From a virus: DNA of 64,000 nucleotides. The position numbers and the translations under genes were made by a program. The stretch is taken from the IMG/VR virus record IMGVR_UViG_3300025840_003418, positions 32,001 through 96,000 of that record; one strand, 5' to 3'. Below are positions 46,402 to 55,618 of the stretch, piece after piece. The notes under the pieces are model-generated. The model searched no databases. It was not told the origin of the DNA and worked only from the letters and a program-made list of their open reading frames with translations. Every line of letters starts with the position of its first letter. Position 1 is the first letter of the stretch.

Positions 46402-47767
46402 TTGCTTTTGCTTCCAAGAAATTTACAAAGTCTTTAGTTAAAGGCTCTGACTCGTAAATCTTTATTAAGTGCTCTCTATTGTGTTCTAAAATATCTTGCA
46501 TTTCCCAATACCATGTATATATTTCATCTTCGGACATTTCGCATAATCGTTTGACTTCTGAAACTATCATTTTTAAACGCTTGTGTGCAACTTTTTCATT
46601 ATCATACGACTCGTCTATCCAAGGACTAAAAGTTTTAAATCCTAAATCTCTTAAATGCTGTAATGCACCCTTGAAAGAAAAGAAAAAGAAAGGATGATAG
46701 TTTCCTATCGGTTTAAAAACTTTTTCAGTTAATGATTTATGATCTCCATGATAGTATGTTTCTGTGCATATATAAAAATAACTATTTCTATAAGGTTCTC
46801 GTGTTCGATCAGTCCATGCACTTACAGTATTCATAGTAGTATCGGGCTCGTCGGCAAGTTTTTTTGGAAATAAATTAACCAATGACTCTGTTTCGACATC
46901 GTAATCTAAACTCCATTCAATCTTAACATGTTTTAACATTTGATCATTTAGCGAGGTTTTTTCAGATAGATAACTCCAATCACCGCGATCTAAAATTTGT
47001 TCACAATATAAAGAATACAGAAGTGCTTGTCGATGATTTCTAGGACTTTTTATTTTCATTAAAAATCTAAAAGGACGTTTTCTACTTTTTTCTAACTCTG
47101 AATCCCATCGACCAGTTTTTGAATAATATTTACTACTGTTCCACATAACAAACGGCCAATCACGCACTTGAATCTTTCGTTCATGGGGTTCAAACCATTC
47201 ATCGTATATCTTATGGCCATTATGTGTATTAAACACTAAAATAATTTGACTCGGTGGAATATAGGACGATTCTAAACATTTATGTAAATTTTCATATTCA
47301 TGTTTTTCGATATAATTTTCCTGAGCTAAATCTAGAATTATAGTACATTTTTTGTTTTGAGCATCTTCTAATGCTTCTTGCGACATATACTTCCAAAAAT
47401 AATTACCATTAAGTTTTGAAAATTGCCTAACTCCATGTGCTGCAAACTGATCTAAATGAGGACTTATCTTAACAACATAAAAATAATGACTACACTTTTG
47501 TTTTCCTTCGAATAATGAAGTATGTTTTATACTAGTTACTTCTTCTAAAGCATTTAAATTTGTTACTGTCCAACTGTTAGGCCAGTCTCCTAACTGATTA
47601 TTAAATATCTGTCTACTAATATTAGATTCGCTAGGGTCAGTATAGGCGTTAAATCCGTTGCTTATATTATGTTGAGAGTGCATGTAATTCAACACAGCAT
47701 GATTACTTTCTAAAGCATTAGGTAAAAAATATCCCGGGAAAACATAGTCATATAAAAAGTATATCAT
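46391..47767 (-). CDS. Putative GT-B glycosyltransferase-like protein (GT10-like C-terminal motif)
   Basis: HR, ICTET...LTEKVFKPI...HPF....GALQHLRDLGFKTFSPWIDESYD; paralog of 43228..44541. Confidence 0.5.
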   Translation of the reverse strand: MIYFLYDYVFPGYFLPNALESNHAVLNYMHSQHNISNGFNAYTDPSESNISRQIFNNQLGDWPNSWTVTNLNALEEVTSIKHTSLFEGKQKCSHYFYVVKISPHLDQFAAHGVRQFSKLNGNYFWKYMSQEALEDAQNKKCTIILDLAQENYIEKHEYENLHKCLESSYIPPSQIILVFNTHNGHKIYDEWFEPHERKIQVRDWPFVMWNSSKYYSKTGRWDSELEKSRKRPFRFLMKIKSPRNHRQALLYSLYCEQILDRGDWSYLSEKTSLNDQMLKHVKIEWSLDYDVETESLVNLFPKKLADEPDTTMNTVSAWTDRTREPYRNSYFYICTETYYHGDHKSLTEKVFKPIGNYHPFFFFSFKGALQHLRDLGFKTFSPWIDESYDNEKVAHKRLKMIVSEVKRLCEMSEDEIYTWYWEMQDILEHNREHLIKIYESEPLTKDFVNFLEAKANEL

Positions 47768-49155
47768 ATAGTATTTTTCCATTTATGATATTCTTCTTCC
47801 ATTTCAGGAAACGTTTTAAGAAAATTAGTTCCACGTCTTCTATCATGCTCATCAACAAATCTAATTAAATTTTTTCTATGATTAATTACATGGGGTTTTG
47901 TTTCGTGTTCTTCGTCGATGTATGTTGTTATTTCATATATACGTCTAAACTTTTCGGCTTCCCAATTAAAGAATTTCCTATTAGCTGATTCGTACCAGCC
48001 GTTGTTTTCTATGTTATCGTATACTAAAGAAACCTGATCATATATATATCTTCTAAACTTTGCAGGCATAATATCAACTGCTTGATATCCAGGATGTCTC
48101 AAATAAGGAACATCAAGTATCATAGGCATGTGCTTAGCCTGCCAACCGCCGTATGTATCTTTAATTTCTAATATATCTTTAATAAGATTTTTAAAACTAA
48201 ACAAACTTAAAAAGTTATATGTTGCCATATTAGTAAATGTACAATTTGGAACTTCAGTTAATACTTTGTTTATATTATCTAACCATTTGTTGTAGTCTAG
48301 TCCGTGTCTAATGTATTCTGCTTGTGCTCCTGTAGCTTCAGCACTTGTAAATATTTTAAATTTCTTAACCTTGCCTTCGCTACAGATTATTTTAATTTTT
48401 TCCATAAAGCGATTAAACACTCCGTCTGGAACACACATATTACTGTTGACAGCAAACTCTAGGTCTGGTCTAGGATTTTCTATAAGATCGTCTAGTACTC
48501 GAAATGTATCTTTAGAAAGTAATGGCTCGCCGCCTGTAATACGGAAATGTTTGAGATCCTTTGATACATCGGGCCACCATTTCCAAAATGCTTCTACATA
48601 AGGATTGTAATCTTTATTTGGAATAGGCATAACACCTTGATCTTTAAGCCAATCAATACCGCCATGCGCAGTTGTAGTTGGATACGGTCCGTATTTCTGA
48701 ACTTCTTCCATCCATTTACTACTAACTTGTGGTGAACAGTATGAGCATTTGAAATTACACACACTACTAAAACTTACTTCTAAATAACTAGGATTAACAT
48801 TATCATCCCAAGGTTTTTGAATAATTTCTGGAATATAAGATTCAGCCCAGGGTTCTTTGGACTTATATGTTCTATCACTTATTTCGTTATTGTCTTCTAC
48901 ACGCCAACAATAGTCACACTCTTTAGGCCTATCACCTTCGAGCATTTGCTTACGTTGTAACTTCTTAAATTTTGTATTATGTAATGCACTAGAATTACCT
49001 TCTAATTCTTCAACAGGTATTTTGTGAGGTACTGGATGATGACAACTATGCGTCTGTCCGGTATGTAGGTGTAGTGTAACTTGTTTCCACTTAGCTACAC
49101 AAAAACTGCAACTAACAGGATCTAGATTTTCTTTTTTCCATACTTCAGGTGTCAT
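47764..49155 (-). CDS. Radical SAM protein with N-terminal twitch-like Cys domain
   Basis: FCVAKW...SCHH...ECDYCW, then CNFKCSYC, TGGEP, NSN. Confidence 0.9.
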   Translation of the reverse strand: MTPEVWKKENLDPVSCSFCVAKWKQVTLHLHTGQTHSCHHPVPHKIPVEELEGNSSALHNTKFKKLQRKQMLEGDRPKECDYCWRVEDNNEISDRTYKSKEPWAESYIPEIIQKPWDDNVNPSYLEVSFSSVCNFKCSYCSPQVSSKWMEEVQKYGPYPTTTAHGGIDWLKDQGVMPIPNKDYNPYVEAFWKWWPDVSKDLKHFRITGGEPLLSKDTFRVLDDLIENPRPDLEFAVNSNMCVPDGVFNRFMEKIKIICSEGKVKKFKIFTSAEATGAQAEYIRHGLDYNKWLDNINKVLTEVPNCTFTNMATYNFLSLFSFKNLIKDILEIKDTYGGWQAKHMPMILDVPYLRHPGYQAVDIMPAKFRRYIYDQVSLVYDNIENNGWYESANRKFFNWEAEKFRRIYEITTYIDEEHETKPHVINHRKNLIRFVDEHDRRRGTNFLKTFPEMEEEYHKWKNTI

Positions 49156-50074
49156 TATTATCCTCAATTAAAAATGGTTCTTTGTTTATTCTTTTTGGCA
49201 CTTGATAAACTGTTTTAAAAAATTTACTTTGTTGATCACTTAGTGGAGATATTGATATCGGAATATTTAATTCTTTTATCAAAGTTTTACCTAAATCCTG
49301 TATTGTAGACATTAGTGTTTCATCAGTAACTTCTAATTGGTTCCAAAAATTATTCAAATACGAAAAGTCACGTACATTTATAAAGTTCCAGTCTGTACAC
49401 ATTGTCATATACAACCCCTGTCTTGCACCAAATATCGCCCATAGTCCGTTTTCTACATCTGCACCGATCATTTGCCAAATATAAAGTCTATGTAAATTTT
49501 GCCAATATCCGTCATACAGTTTACTTGTATCAGGCTTCATTCCCTGATCAAGTGACATCTTAACACCTTCACGAAAACCAGCACGCCATGCTTGCTGTGG
49601 AGTTGCATTATTATACACATCACTAAAAGTAGTATTCATTTGGATATAGCGCATGTCCCAACAAAAGTCAACTTGACCTTGCGGATTTCCTGGTTCAGCA
49701 TTTTCATGTGTACGCATATTGAGAACATAACTCTTTGGCCAACATTTAAGTCCGCCATTTCCATATACTAATCCGTTTATAACATTTTTTCCACACCAAC
49801 TAACAACACTATGATCTAACTGTGCTTCAGGTTTAAAATTTATAATTTGTTGTATATAATTAGCATATACTATATTGTCAGCATCTACAGTTATAAATCT
49901 ATCAGTTTCGCTTAATTCTGCGCAAGCCTTGTGTGCAGCATCCGAGCCTTCTACTCCGTGGACACGTTTAGCCCATGGTATTTTACTACACAAGTCTGCA
50001 TAGTTTTTTTCTGCGTTGGGCTCGTCGTAACTTAAAAAGATAACATCATAGTCTGCTACTTTAATTGAATTCAT
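49145..50074 (-). CDS. GT-A-fold glycosyltransferase-like protein
   Basis: DVIFLSYDEPNA, GS..AHKACA, VDAD (DxD), YGNGGLKCW, AWRAGFRE. Confidence 0.65.
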   Translation of the reverse strand: MNSIKVADYDVIFLSYDEPNAEKNYADLCSKIPWAKRVHGVEGSDAAHKACAELSETDRFITVDADNIVYANYIQQIINFKPEAQLDHSVVSWCGKNVINGLVYGNGGLKCWPKSYVLNMRTHENAEPGNPQGQVDFCWDMRYIQMNTTFSDVYNNATPQQAWRAGFREGVKMSLDQGMKPDTSKLYDGYWQNLHRLYIWQMIGADVENGLWAIFGARQGLYMTMCTDWNFINVRDFSYLNNFWNQLEVTDETLMSTIQDLGKTLIKELNIPISISPLSDQQSKFFKTVYQVPKRINKEPFLIEDNNDT

Positions 50075-50958
50075 TTTACTACCTCATATCTATAATTACG
50101 ATAAAGTCGTGGTGTAAATATCGAAAGATTTTCTTCTTCTGATTTGTACATGTACGGAAATATGCACTTTGTCTTGTCTATTAAATCTTTAATTGGTATT
50201 TCAATAGTCCGAATTAGTATGTTAGGATCATCGGGCTCAGTGATAAAAAACATAACAACCTTATCAGTAATTTCCTTGTCTAACAATTTTTCATTTACAA
50301 CAATATCTTTAGTGCTATAAAATTGCCATTGTTTTGCAATATCATTTTTAAAAATATATACACTAGTGTCATCAGACGAATTTATCATATACAACTGATT
50401 GTCAACTAAAACTTTATGTCCTTTTCTATTTTTTCGTGCCATTAAAGGAATAGATTTTTTATCTACTGATACTATATTTTCAAGAAATAGTTCAGCAGTG
50501 TCTAACGTATCTTCAACAGTAAAATCTTTATGAAGTTTGTATACATTATTATTAGCCCAAACGTGATCGCCTTTATAAAACAAATCAGTTGCGTTATGTT
50601 TTCTAAAATCTATACCAACGTATATCTTTTCTAGGTTGTCAAATGTATTACCTTTAAATGGAATTTGATAAAGGTAATCTTCAACTGATTTTAAAAAACT
50701 AGTTGCAACCTCTCTAGCGATTACGTATTCTCTAAGTTGATGATTATATTTTACTACATATTCGCTAATTTTTGCTCTACCTAAAAAATATTCTTTTACT
50801 TCGTCATGATTAACTTCAATAACATCATAATCGCTATCTATAGGGTTATTTGTAATGTCAAAGACTTCGCCATGTGTTTTTTCAAAATACACATAACTTA
50901 TATCTCCTTGTGCTATTAAACTGTTTAATTTTGTTATTGCATTAATTAAATTAGACAT
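50071..50958 (-). CDS. Hypothetical protein carrying one copy of a CBM5/12-like repeat
   Basis: YKGDHVWANNNVY segment matches the repeats in 50951..52384. Confidence 0.55.
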   Translation of the reverse strand: MSNLINAITKLNSLIAQGDISYVYFEKTHGEVFDITNNPIDSDYDVIEVNHDEVKEYFLGRAKISEYVVKYNHQLREYVIAREVATSFLKSVEDYLYQIPFKGNTFDNLEKIYVGIDFRKHNATDLFYKGDHVWANNNVYKLHKDFTVEDTLDTAELFLENIVSVDKKSIPLMARKNRKGHKVLVDNQLYMINSSDDTSVYIFKNDIAKQWQFYSTKDIVVNEKLLDKEITDKVVMFFITEPDDPNILIRTIEIPIKDLIDKTKCIFPYMYKSEEENLSIFTPRLYRNYRYEVVK

Positions 50959-52384
50959 AAGTTATTTCCTTGTATTTGTTAAATACTTTTTCGACAAAGT
51001 CTTTTTCGGTATAATGCAATATACCATTTTGTACAAAATTTCCTAACTTTAAATTACAATTGTCATCTAAATATACGCCTAATTTATCTTGCCACCTATC
51101 TGGCGGATTGTTCCAGCCTTGTATCATCGGCTTTAAGTGTGTAAATGTAAGAATATTGTTTTTCTTATTTGTAACTTCTTCTTCTATATTAAGTATTTTT
51201 ATTGCAATTGCTGCTGCGACATCTATACTCAAATGTCCGGGTGTTTGATTAGGTAGAAACTCTTTCCAAAACTCTTTCCAATTCTTACAAATAATTTCTA
51301 GTAAATTATAAAAGTTTTTTGCTAGATCTGATTGTTTAAAATAATGTACCCCAACGTATGTGTTAGGCAAATAGTTTTCGGTAAATGTCTTTCGGTAAAA
51401 ATCATTTTCAATTACGTTATTATTAAATGTTCTTACTTCAGATGTAAAGAATAAATCTGAATCACTTAACATATTCCACGTACTAGTAAGATCATTAAAC
51501 ACCATCATATCAGTGTCCATTACAATTGTTTCATCATACGGACTACAGTGATAGATTTTCCATCTATTTTCAACTTTCCAAATAGTTGTTTCAGCATCAT
51601 CACCAAAGGGAATAGGAATAATTTTGTCAAACAATATCTCATAATCTGCAGGAACAATATCGTTAGTAATAATTGATATTTTTTCATTAGGACTATTTTT
51701 ACTTAGAGACAGTGCTAATAACACAGCCTGTTTAACATAGTCTACTTGTAGTACAGGATCAACTGTATATAAATTATTATAATAACACACTAAATTGCCC
51801 GGCCGTGGGTTTTCAAATACTAAACTTTTGTTACTGTCTGCATACAATTTAACTTCTTGATCAATAATAGGCTCGTAATCGTCTTCAGTAAACTCACTAT
51901 TTGCTGGTACGTCAACTAAAGCACGCCACACTCTGTTATTATGCCAAACATGTTGACCTGCTAAATGTAAAACTTCTTTATACCAAATATCAATGTTAAC
52001 TCCTTCAAATTGAGGAGTCAGTGTATATAATTGTGTTTCATCTTCTTTACGCACTTCGTAAATATTATTATCAGATAATACAATATTATTCTTTTTACAC
52101 AAGTGATGTACAACAAGATCGTTTTTGTCATAGTGTATATAGACTTCAGGTATTACTAATTTTACATCATCATAATTAAATGTTTTAGACTGTAAACAAG
52201 TATTAACAAATCTAAAGACTTTATTATCATACCAAACATGCTGACCAGATATATAGTCGAGATCCGGATACCATATATCTACATGAATACCTCTGTATTG
52301 CTCTTCGAGGAAATGATTAGGTATTTGTCTCGATACTCTTTCATAACTATTTTGTGCTAAAACTATTATACCTCTATTGCTCAT
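50951..52384 (-). CDS. GT-A glycosyltransferase (GT8/mannosyltransferase-like) with ~200 aa duplicated insert
   Basis: DYVKQA..LALS, FDKII, SPYDETIVMDTD (DxD), ILHY; insert with two GQHVW repeats. Confidence 0.75.
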   Translation of the reverse strand: MSNRGIIVLAQNSYERVSRQIPNHFLEEQYRGIHVDIWYPDLDYISGQHVWYDNKVFRFVNTCLQSKTFNYDDVKLVIPEVYIHYDKNDLVVHHLCKKNNIVLSDNNIYEVRKEDETQLYTLTPQFEGVNIDIWYKEVLHLAGQHVWHNNRVWRALVDVPANSEFTEDDYEPIIDQEVKLYADSNKSLVFENPRPGNLVCYYNNLYTVDPVLQVDYVKQAVLLALSLSKNSPNEKISIITNDIVPADYEILFDKIIPIPFGDDAETTIWKVENRWKIYHCSPYDETIVMDTDMMVFNDLTSTWNMLSDSDLFFTSEVRTFNNNVIENDFYRKTFTENYLPNTYVGVHYFKQSDLAKNFYNLLEIICKNWKEFWKEFLPNQTPGHLSIDVAAAIAIKILNIEEEVTNKKNNILTFTHLKPMIQGWNNPPDRWQDKLGVYLDDNCNLKLGNFVQNGILHYTEKDFVEKVFNKYKEITYV

Positions 52385-53216
52385 TAATTACTCTTTCTAG
52401 ACTAAATTTATTCATTATATGAACACTTTTTCCTTTAGTACTTAATGCTAGATATTCTCCTAAGTATTTTGGTCGTTCAACCAAAAATTGCATATAATCA
52501 TCATTAATTTCTAAACATATATCTTTATCAATTGTATAATAATGCGTACCTGGTAATTCTTGTACACAACTATCAAGTCCATCAAAACCATTAAGAATAT
52601 GTGCTGCAATACTAAATGCAAAGTCATTTCTAAATAACGGAGAGTCAATTTGATACACTCGCCTGTAATGAGGCCAATTATCTTGTATGTGTGAAATTAG
52701 ATCAAAGAATATTTTATTTGATTCAGTCTTTGTAAAATATACTACAGTTGCCCAATAAAAATCAACACCACACTCACTTATGTACTTAAACTCTGCTTCA
52801 CTACGTGTTCCTGATAAATCTTTTGCATTTTTAAACATCATTAAATCATATTGACTGTCAAAACAGGATTTAAATAAATCATTAGAAATAATATAATCTG
52901 TATCTAATAACAATGTGCTATCGTATGGAGATAGATCATATGCTTGTGCTCTGCCTGCATTTTTAAAAGGAAGTTTTTTGTGTGTTAAAGTACCATCAAA
53001 GTAAAATCTATTATTCTGGACAACTTCCCATGCTGTAGGAATAATCTTATCAAATATTCCTCGGTCAAAACTTTCTACTAAGTAGTCTGGAGAATCAGTA
53101 ACTATACTAGTAGGAATATTTAAATACTTCTGTATACGTTTTGCTAAAAATTGTGCTTGATTTACATAATCAAGCGATCCGTTATTTCTTGCAAATAGTA
53201 ATGCGCCTTTAGTCAT
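52374..53216 (-). CDS. GT-A glycosyltransferase (GT8/mannosyltransferase-like)
   Basis: DYVNQA, FDKII, LSPYDSTLLLDTD (DxD), RND.AF.IA, H.MNK. Confidence 0.75.
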   Translation of the reverse strand: MTKGALLFARNNGSLDYVNQAQFLAKRIQKYLNIPTSIVTDSPDYLVESFDRGIFDKIIPTAWEVVQNNRFYFDGTLTHKKLPFKNAGRAQAYDLSPYDSTLLLDTDYIISNDLFKSCFDSQYDLMMFKNAKDLSGTRSEAEFKYISECGVDFYWATVVYFTKTESNKIFFDLISHIQDNWPHYRRVYQIDSPLFRNDFAFSIAAHILNGFDGLDSCVQELPGTHYYTIDKDICLEINDDYMQFLVERPKYLGEYLALSTKGKSVHIMNKFSLERVINEQ

Positions 53217-53562
53217 TTTCTATTAATTTTTCTACCGAACGTTTTTTACCCAATGCTACATAACTGTTATGATAATCGTTAGAAGCTTCAAAGTAAATAT
53301 CTAAAATATCTTCTAAAAACTTAGACAAGTCTGGTATCATTACTGGACGATCGTTGTCATCAGTCAAAACAACGTCAGTATCTGCACCTTGCTTTACTAG
53401 TAAATCTATAAATGTAATTAACTCTCGTGTAATAGTAAACTGAGAACCTTCAGTAAAATATATTAAACTTTCTTTAAACTTTTCTTGAAGAATACGTTTT
53501 TGATTATTGATCGTAACCATATACTTGCTAAAGTCAAGGGCTTTTTCTAATCTTTCGTCCAT
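53209..53562 (-). CDS. Hypothetical protein (possible fibre-assembly or chaperone-like protein)
   Basis: AGGAGG SD before MDERLEK; first gene downstream of the structural block; function is a guess from position. Confidence 0.6.
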   Translation of the reverse strand: MDERLEKALDFSKYMVTINNQKRILQEKFKESLIYFTEGSQFTITRELITFIDLLVKQGADTDVVLTDDNDRPVMIPDLSKFLEDILDIYFEASNDYHNSYVALGKKRSVEKLIEND

Positions 53563-53582
53563 ACTACCTCCTGTTAGTGTTA

Positions 53583-53611
53583 AGTATAACACAGATTGTT
53601 TAGTAAGTCAA
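53583..53611 (-). promoter_or_regulatory. Sigma70-type promoter heading the minus-strand glycosylation run
   Basis: Minus strand TTGACT (53611-53606), 17 nt spacer, TATACT (53588-53583) with TG extension, then AGGAGG and ATG. Confidence 0.7.
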
Positions 53612-53628
53612 TATGAATATACTTATTA

Positions 53629-54576
53629 TTACAGGTTGCTTGTAGAGTTGTAAGTTGGTGCTGCTACACTTACAGTGGTGACTGTGTTAGACCCTATTAC
53701 CATTGTACCATTTGCTCTCAGTACAGACGGTTGTACTGTTAACGTGCCCTGGACGTCTTCGTCAACATCAGTACCTTGTCCATCAACGCCGCCTGTATTA
53801 ACATCGTCAAACACTACGTTAAATCTAATTCTAGAAGTGTTATCTTCTTTTGCTTGAATATAAAAAATGTTACCTGTATACGTTGATGCTGTTTTTTGCC
53901 ATATAGTTTGGTAAGTACTAGTAAGATCATAGTTACCAATACTCGAAGCAGTACCATAGCCTGTGCTGTGTATAGTGCTTGTATAACCAAACTCAACGTG
54001 TCCAGTTCCGATTATACCCGACCATTCTTGACCCTTTGTAGAGTTATCGCCTGTTTGTGTAGAATCTATTTTCACTCTACTACCTGCATTAAAAAATTCT
54101 CTACGTGCAGCAGCGTCTGCAAATGTTAGTGTGAATTCATGATTTACAGCACCATTCCATGGAGTTGTTCTGCTATTACTCGAATATGAAGTTTCAGAAC
54201 GTTGACTAGTATGTAGGTCAAATCTATTATTTTCGCAATCAGTCATTAAACCTTCAAGATATATTATGTGAGCTTCTTCAATTTTATCAGTATTAGTTGT
54301 GTTTGCAAGGTAATCACCAGTTACATAAGGACTTTCAATTGTCCCAAAAGCGGTTGTTCCAATCTGGTGTACTCTTGCTCTTACAATATCGCTATAAATA
54401 TCTAAATACTGTTGTTCACTAATCAAATCACCGCTAGATGTTGCTGCTACTGTTGTAGAATCAATACTGTTTCCGTAGCCATATGTTTCGTTAGCACCTG
54501 AAGAAGAATCTCCCATTACTGATAATATTCGAGAACGTAGATTGTTATATCGCGTGGCTGTAATAAAGGTAGGCAT
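53629..54576 (-). CDS. Virion structural protein (Ser/Thr/Gly-rich), paralog of 54621..55607
   Basis: ITATRYNNLR, GYG, RARVHQIG, WNG..H, RREFFNAG, IGNYDLTSTYQ shared with neighbour; AGGAG SD. Confidence 0.7.
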   Translation of the reverse strand: MPTFITATRYNNLRSRILSVMGDSSSGANETYGYGNSIDSTTVAATSSGDLISEQQYLDIYSDIVRARVHQIGTTAFGTIESPYVTGDYLANTTNTDKIEEAHIIYLEGLMTDCENNRFDLHTSQRSETSYSSNSRTTPWNGAVNHEFTLTFADAAARREFFNAGSRVKIDSTQTGDNSTKGQEWSGIIGTGHVEFGYTSTIHSTGYGTASSIGNYDLTSTYQTIWQKTASTYTGNIFYIQAKEDNTSRIRFNVVFDDVNTGGVDGQGTDVDEDVQGTLTVQPSVLRANGTMVIGSNTVTTVSVAAPTYNSTSNL

Positions 54577-54612
54577 TGGGACTCCTGTCAAACTATATCA
54601 TTATATATAGTT

Positions 54613-54618
54613 TATTTA
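54613..54618 (-). promoter_or_regulatory. T4-late-type TAAATA box
   Basis: Intergenic tattta upstream of a structural gene. Confidence 0.55.
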
Positions 54619-54620
54619 CT

Positions 54621-55607
54621 TTACAGTGTTGTTATGTTTTGGTAAACTGGTGCAGGAACTTCGATATAAAAGTCAATTAAATCATCACCAGTTAGAGTAC
54701 TTTTTGCTCTTAAATGATTTACACTACTCTTTAAAGTTCCGTCAATTAAATCATCTTCTGCGCCGCTTTCCAAATCATCAAATACAATTTTAAATTGTAT
54801 TTCAGAATCAGAAACTTCTTTTGCATATATTTCCATTAAATTTTGATTATATGTAGGATATATTCCACCATTGCTTAATTTAGTATAAATTAATTGATAA
54901 GAAGTTGTTAAATCATAGTTGCCGATTGCAGAAGGTGTTCCCTGGTCAGTTGTACTAGTATCACTATGGTTAAACTTAACTATACCTGCTCGTTGTAATA
55001 GAACACTCCAGTCATTGCCTTTAGGGGTTGCATAACCTAAATTAGATGTTTCTATTCTAAGTTCACCGCCTGAGTTAAAAAAATGTCTACGATGACCAGA
55101 ATTATTAAAAGAAACTTTTACTTCATGTATAAGTTGTCCATTCCATTGAGAAGTTCTAGTGGAAGAAGTACCCAATTCGACTACTGACTGAGTCGAATCA
55201 ACTAAGAATTTATCAGTTTCGATTCTATCCATCATTCTTTCTAGATCAGCAATACCTTTAAATTCAGCATCAGCTCCTGTGCCAGTTGACTCTTCGCCTA
55301 TAATATCAATTCCGGCTACAAATTCAAGATTTTTTATTTGATCAGTTATTTCAGAACTTAATAACCCAATTTGGTGTAATCTTGCTCTTATCAAGTCTTT
55401 GTATAAATTATTAAAAGACTGTGCAGTAACATTAACTTGCATATTGCCGCCTGGGATGTTTGTTACTTCTTCACTACTTATAGCACCACCATAACCTGAA
55501 GCACCTTGTCCATATCCAGTTTGTCCAGCGCCAGTTCCTAAAACTGCTGCTATTCTGTTTTGCAATAGGTTAAACCTTGATGCTGTAATTAAATCTCCGA
55601 CGGCCAT
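54621..55607 (-). CDS. Virion structural protein
   Basis: ITASRFNLLQ, GYG, RARLHQIG, RRHFFNSGG, IGNYDLTTSYQ; lies in the fibre/baseplate block. Confidence 0.7.
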   Translation of the reverse strand: MAVGDLITASRFNLLQNRIAAVLGTGAGQTGYGQGASGYGGAISSEEVTNIPGGNMQVNVTAQSFNNLYKDLIRARLHQIGLLSSEITDQIKNLEFVAGIDIIGEESTGTGADAEFKGIADLERMMDRIETDKFLVDSTQSVVELGTSSTRTSQWNGQLIHEVKVSFNNSGHRRHFFNSGGELRIETSNLGYATPKGNDWSVLLQRAGIVKFNHSDTSTTDQGTPSAIGNYDLTTSYQLIYTKLSNGGIYPTYNQNLMEIYAKEVSDSEIQFKIVFDDLESGAEDDLIDGTLKSSVNHLRAKSTLTGDDLIDFYIEVPAPVYQNITTL

Positions 55608-55618
55608 TTATCTTTCCT

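Noticed and set aside
51743-52345. Intein explanation for the glycosyltransferase insert
   Set aside because: No HN-C/S/T C-terminal splice junction or LAGLIDADG motifs; the insert is an internal duplication
1-53562. Cellular secondary-metabolite or LPS gene cluster
   Set aside because: No transporters, regulators or scaffold synthases; contiguous with phage structural genes, with the same promoter motif and tight gene packing
4489-54129. Short nested or antisense ORFs in the track (e.g. 5510..5797, 26072..26446, 48311..48601)
   Set aside because: They lie wholly or almost wholly within well-supported genes and have no independent signals
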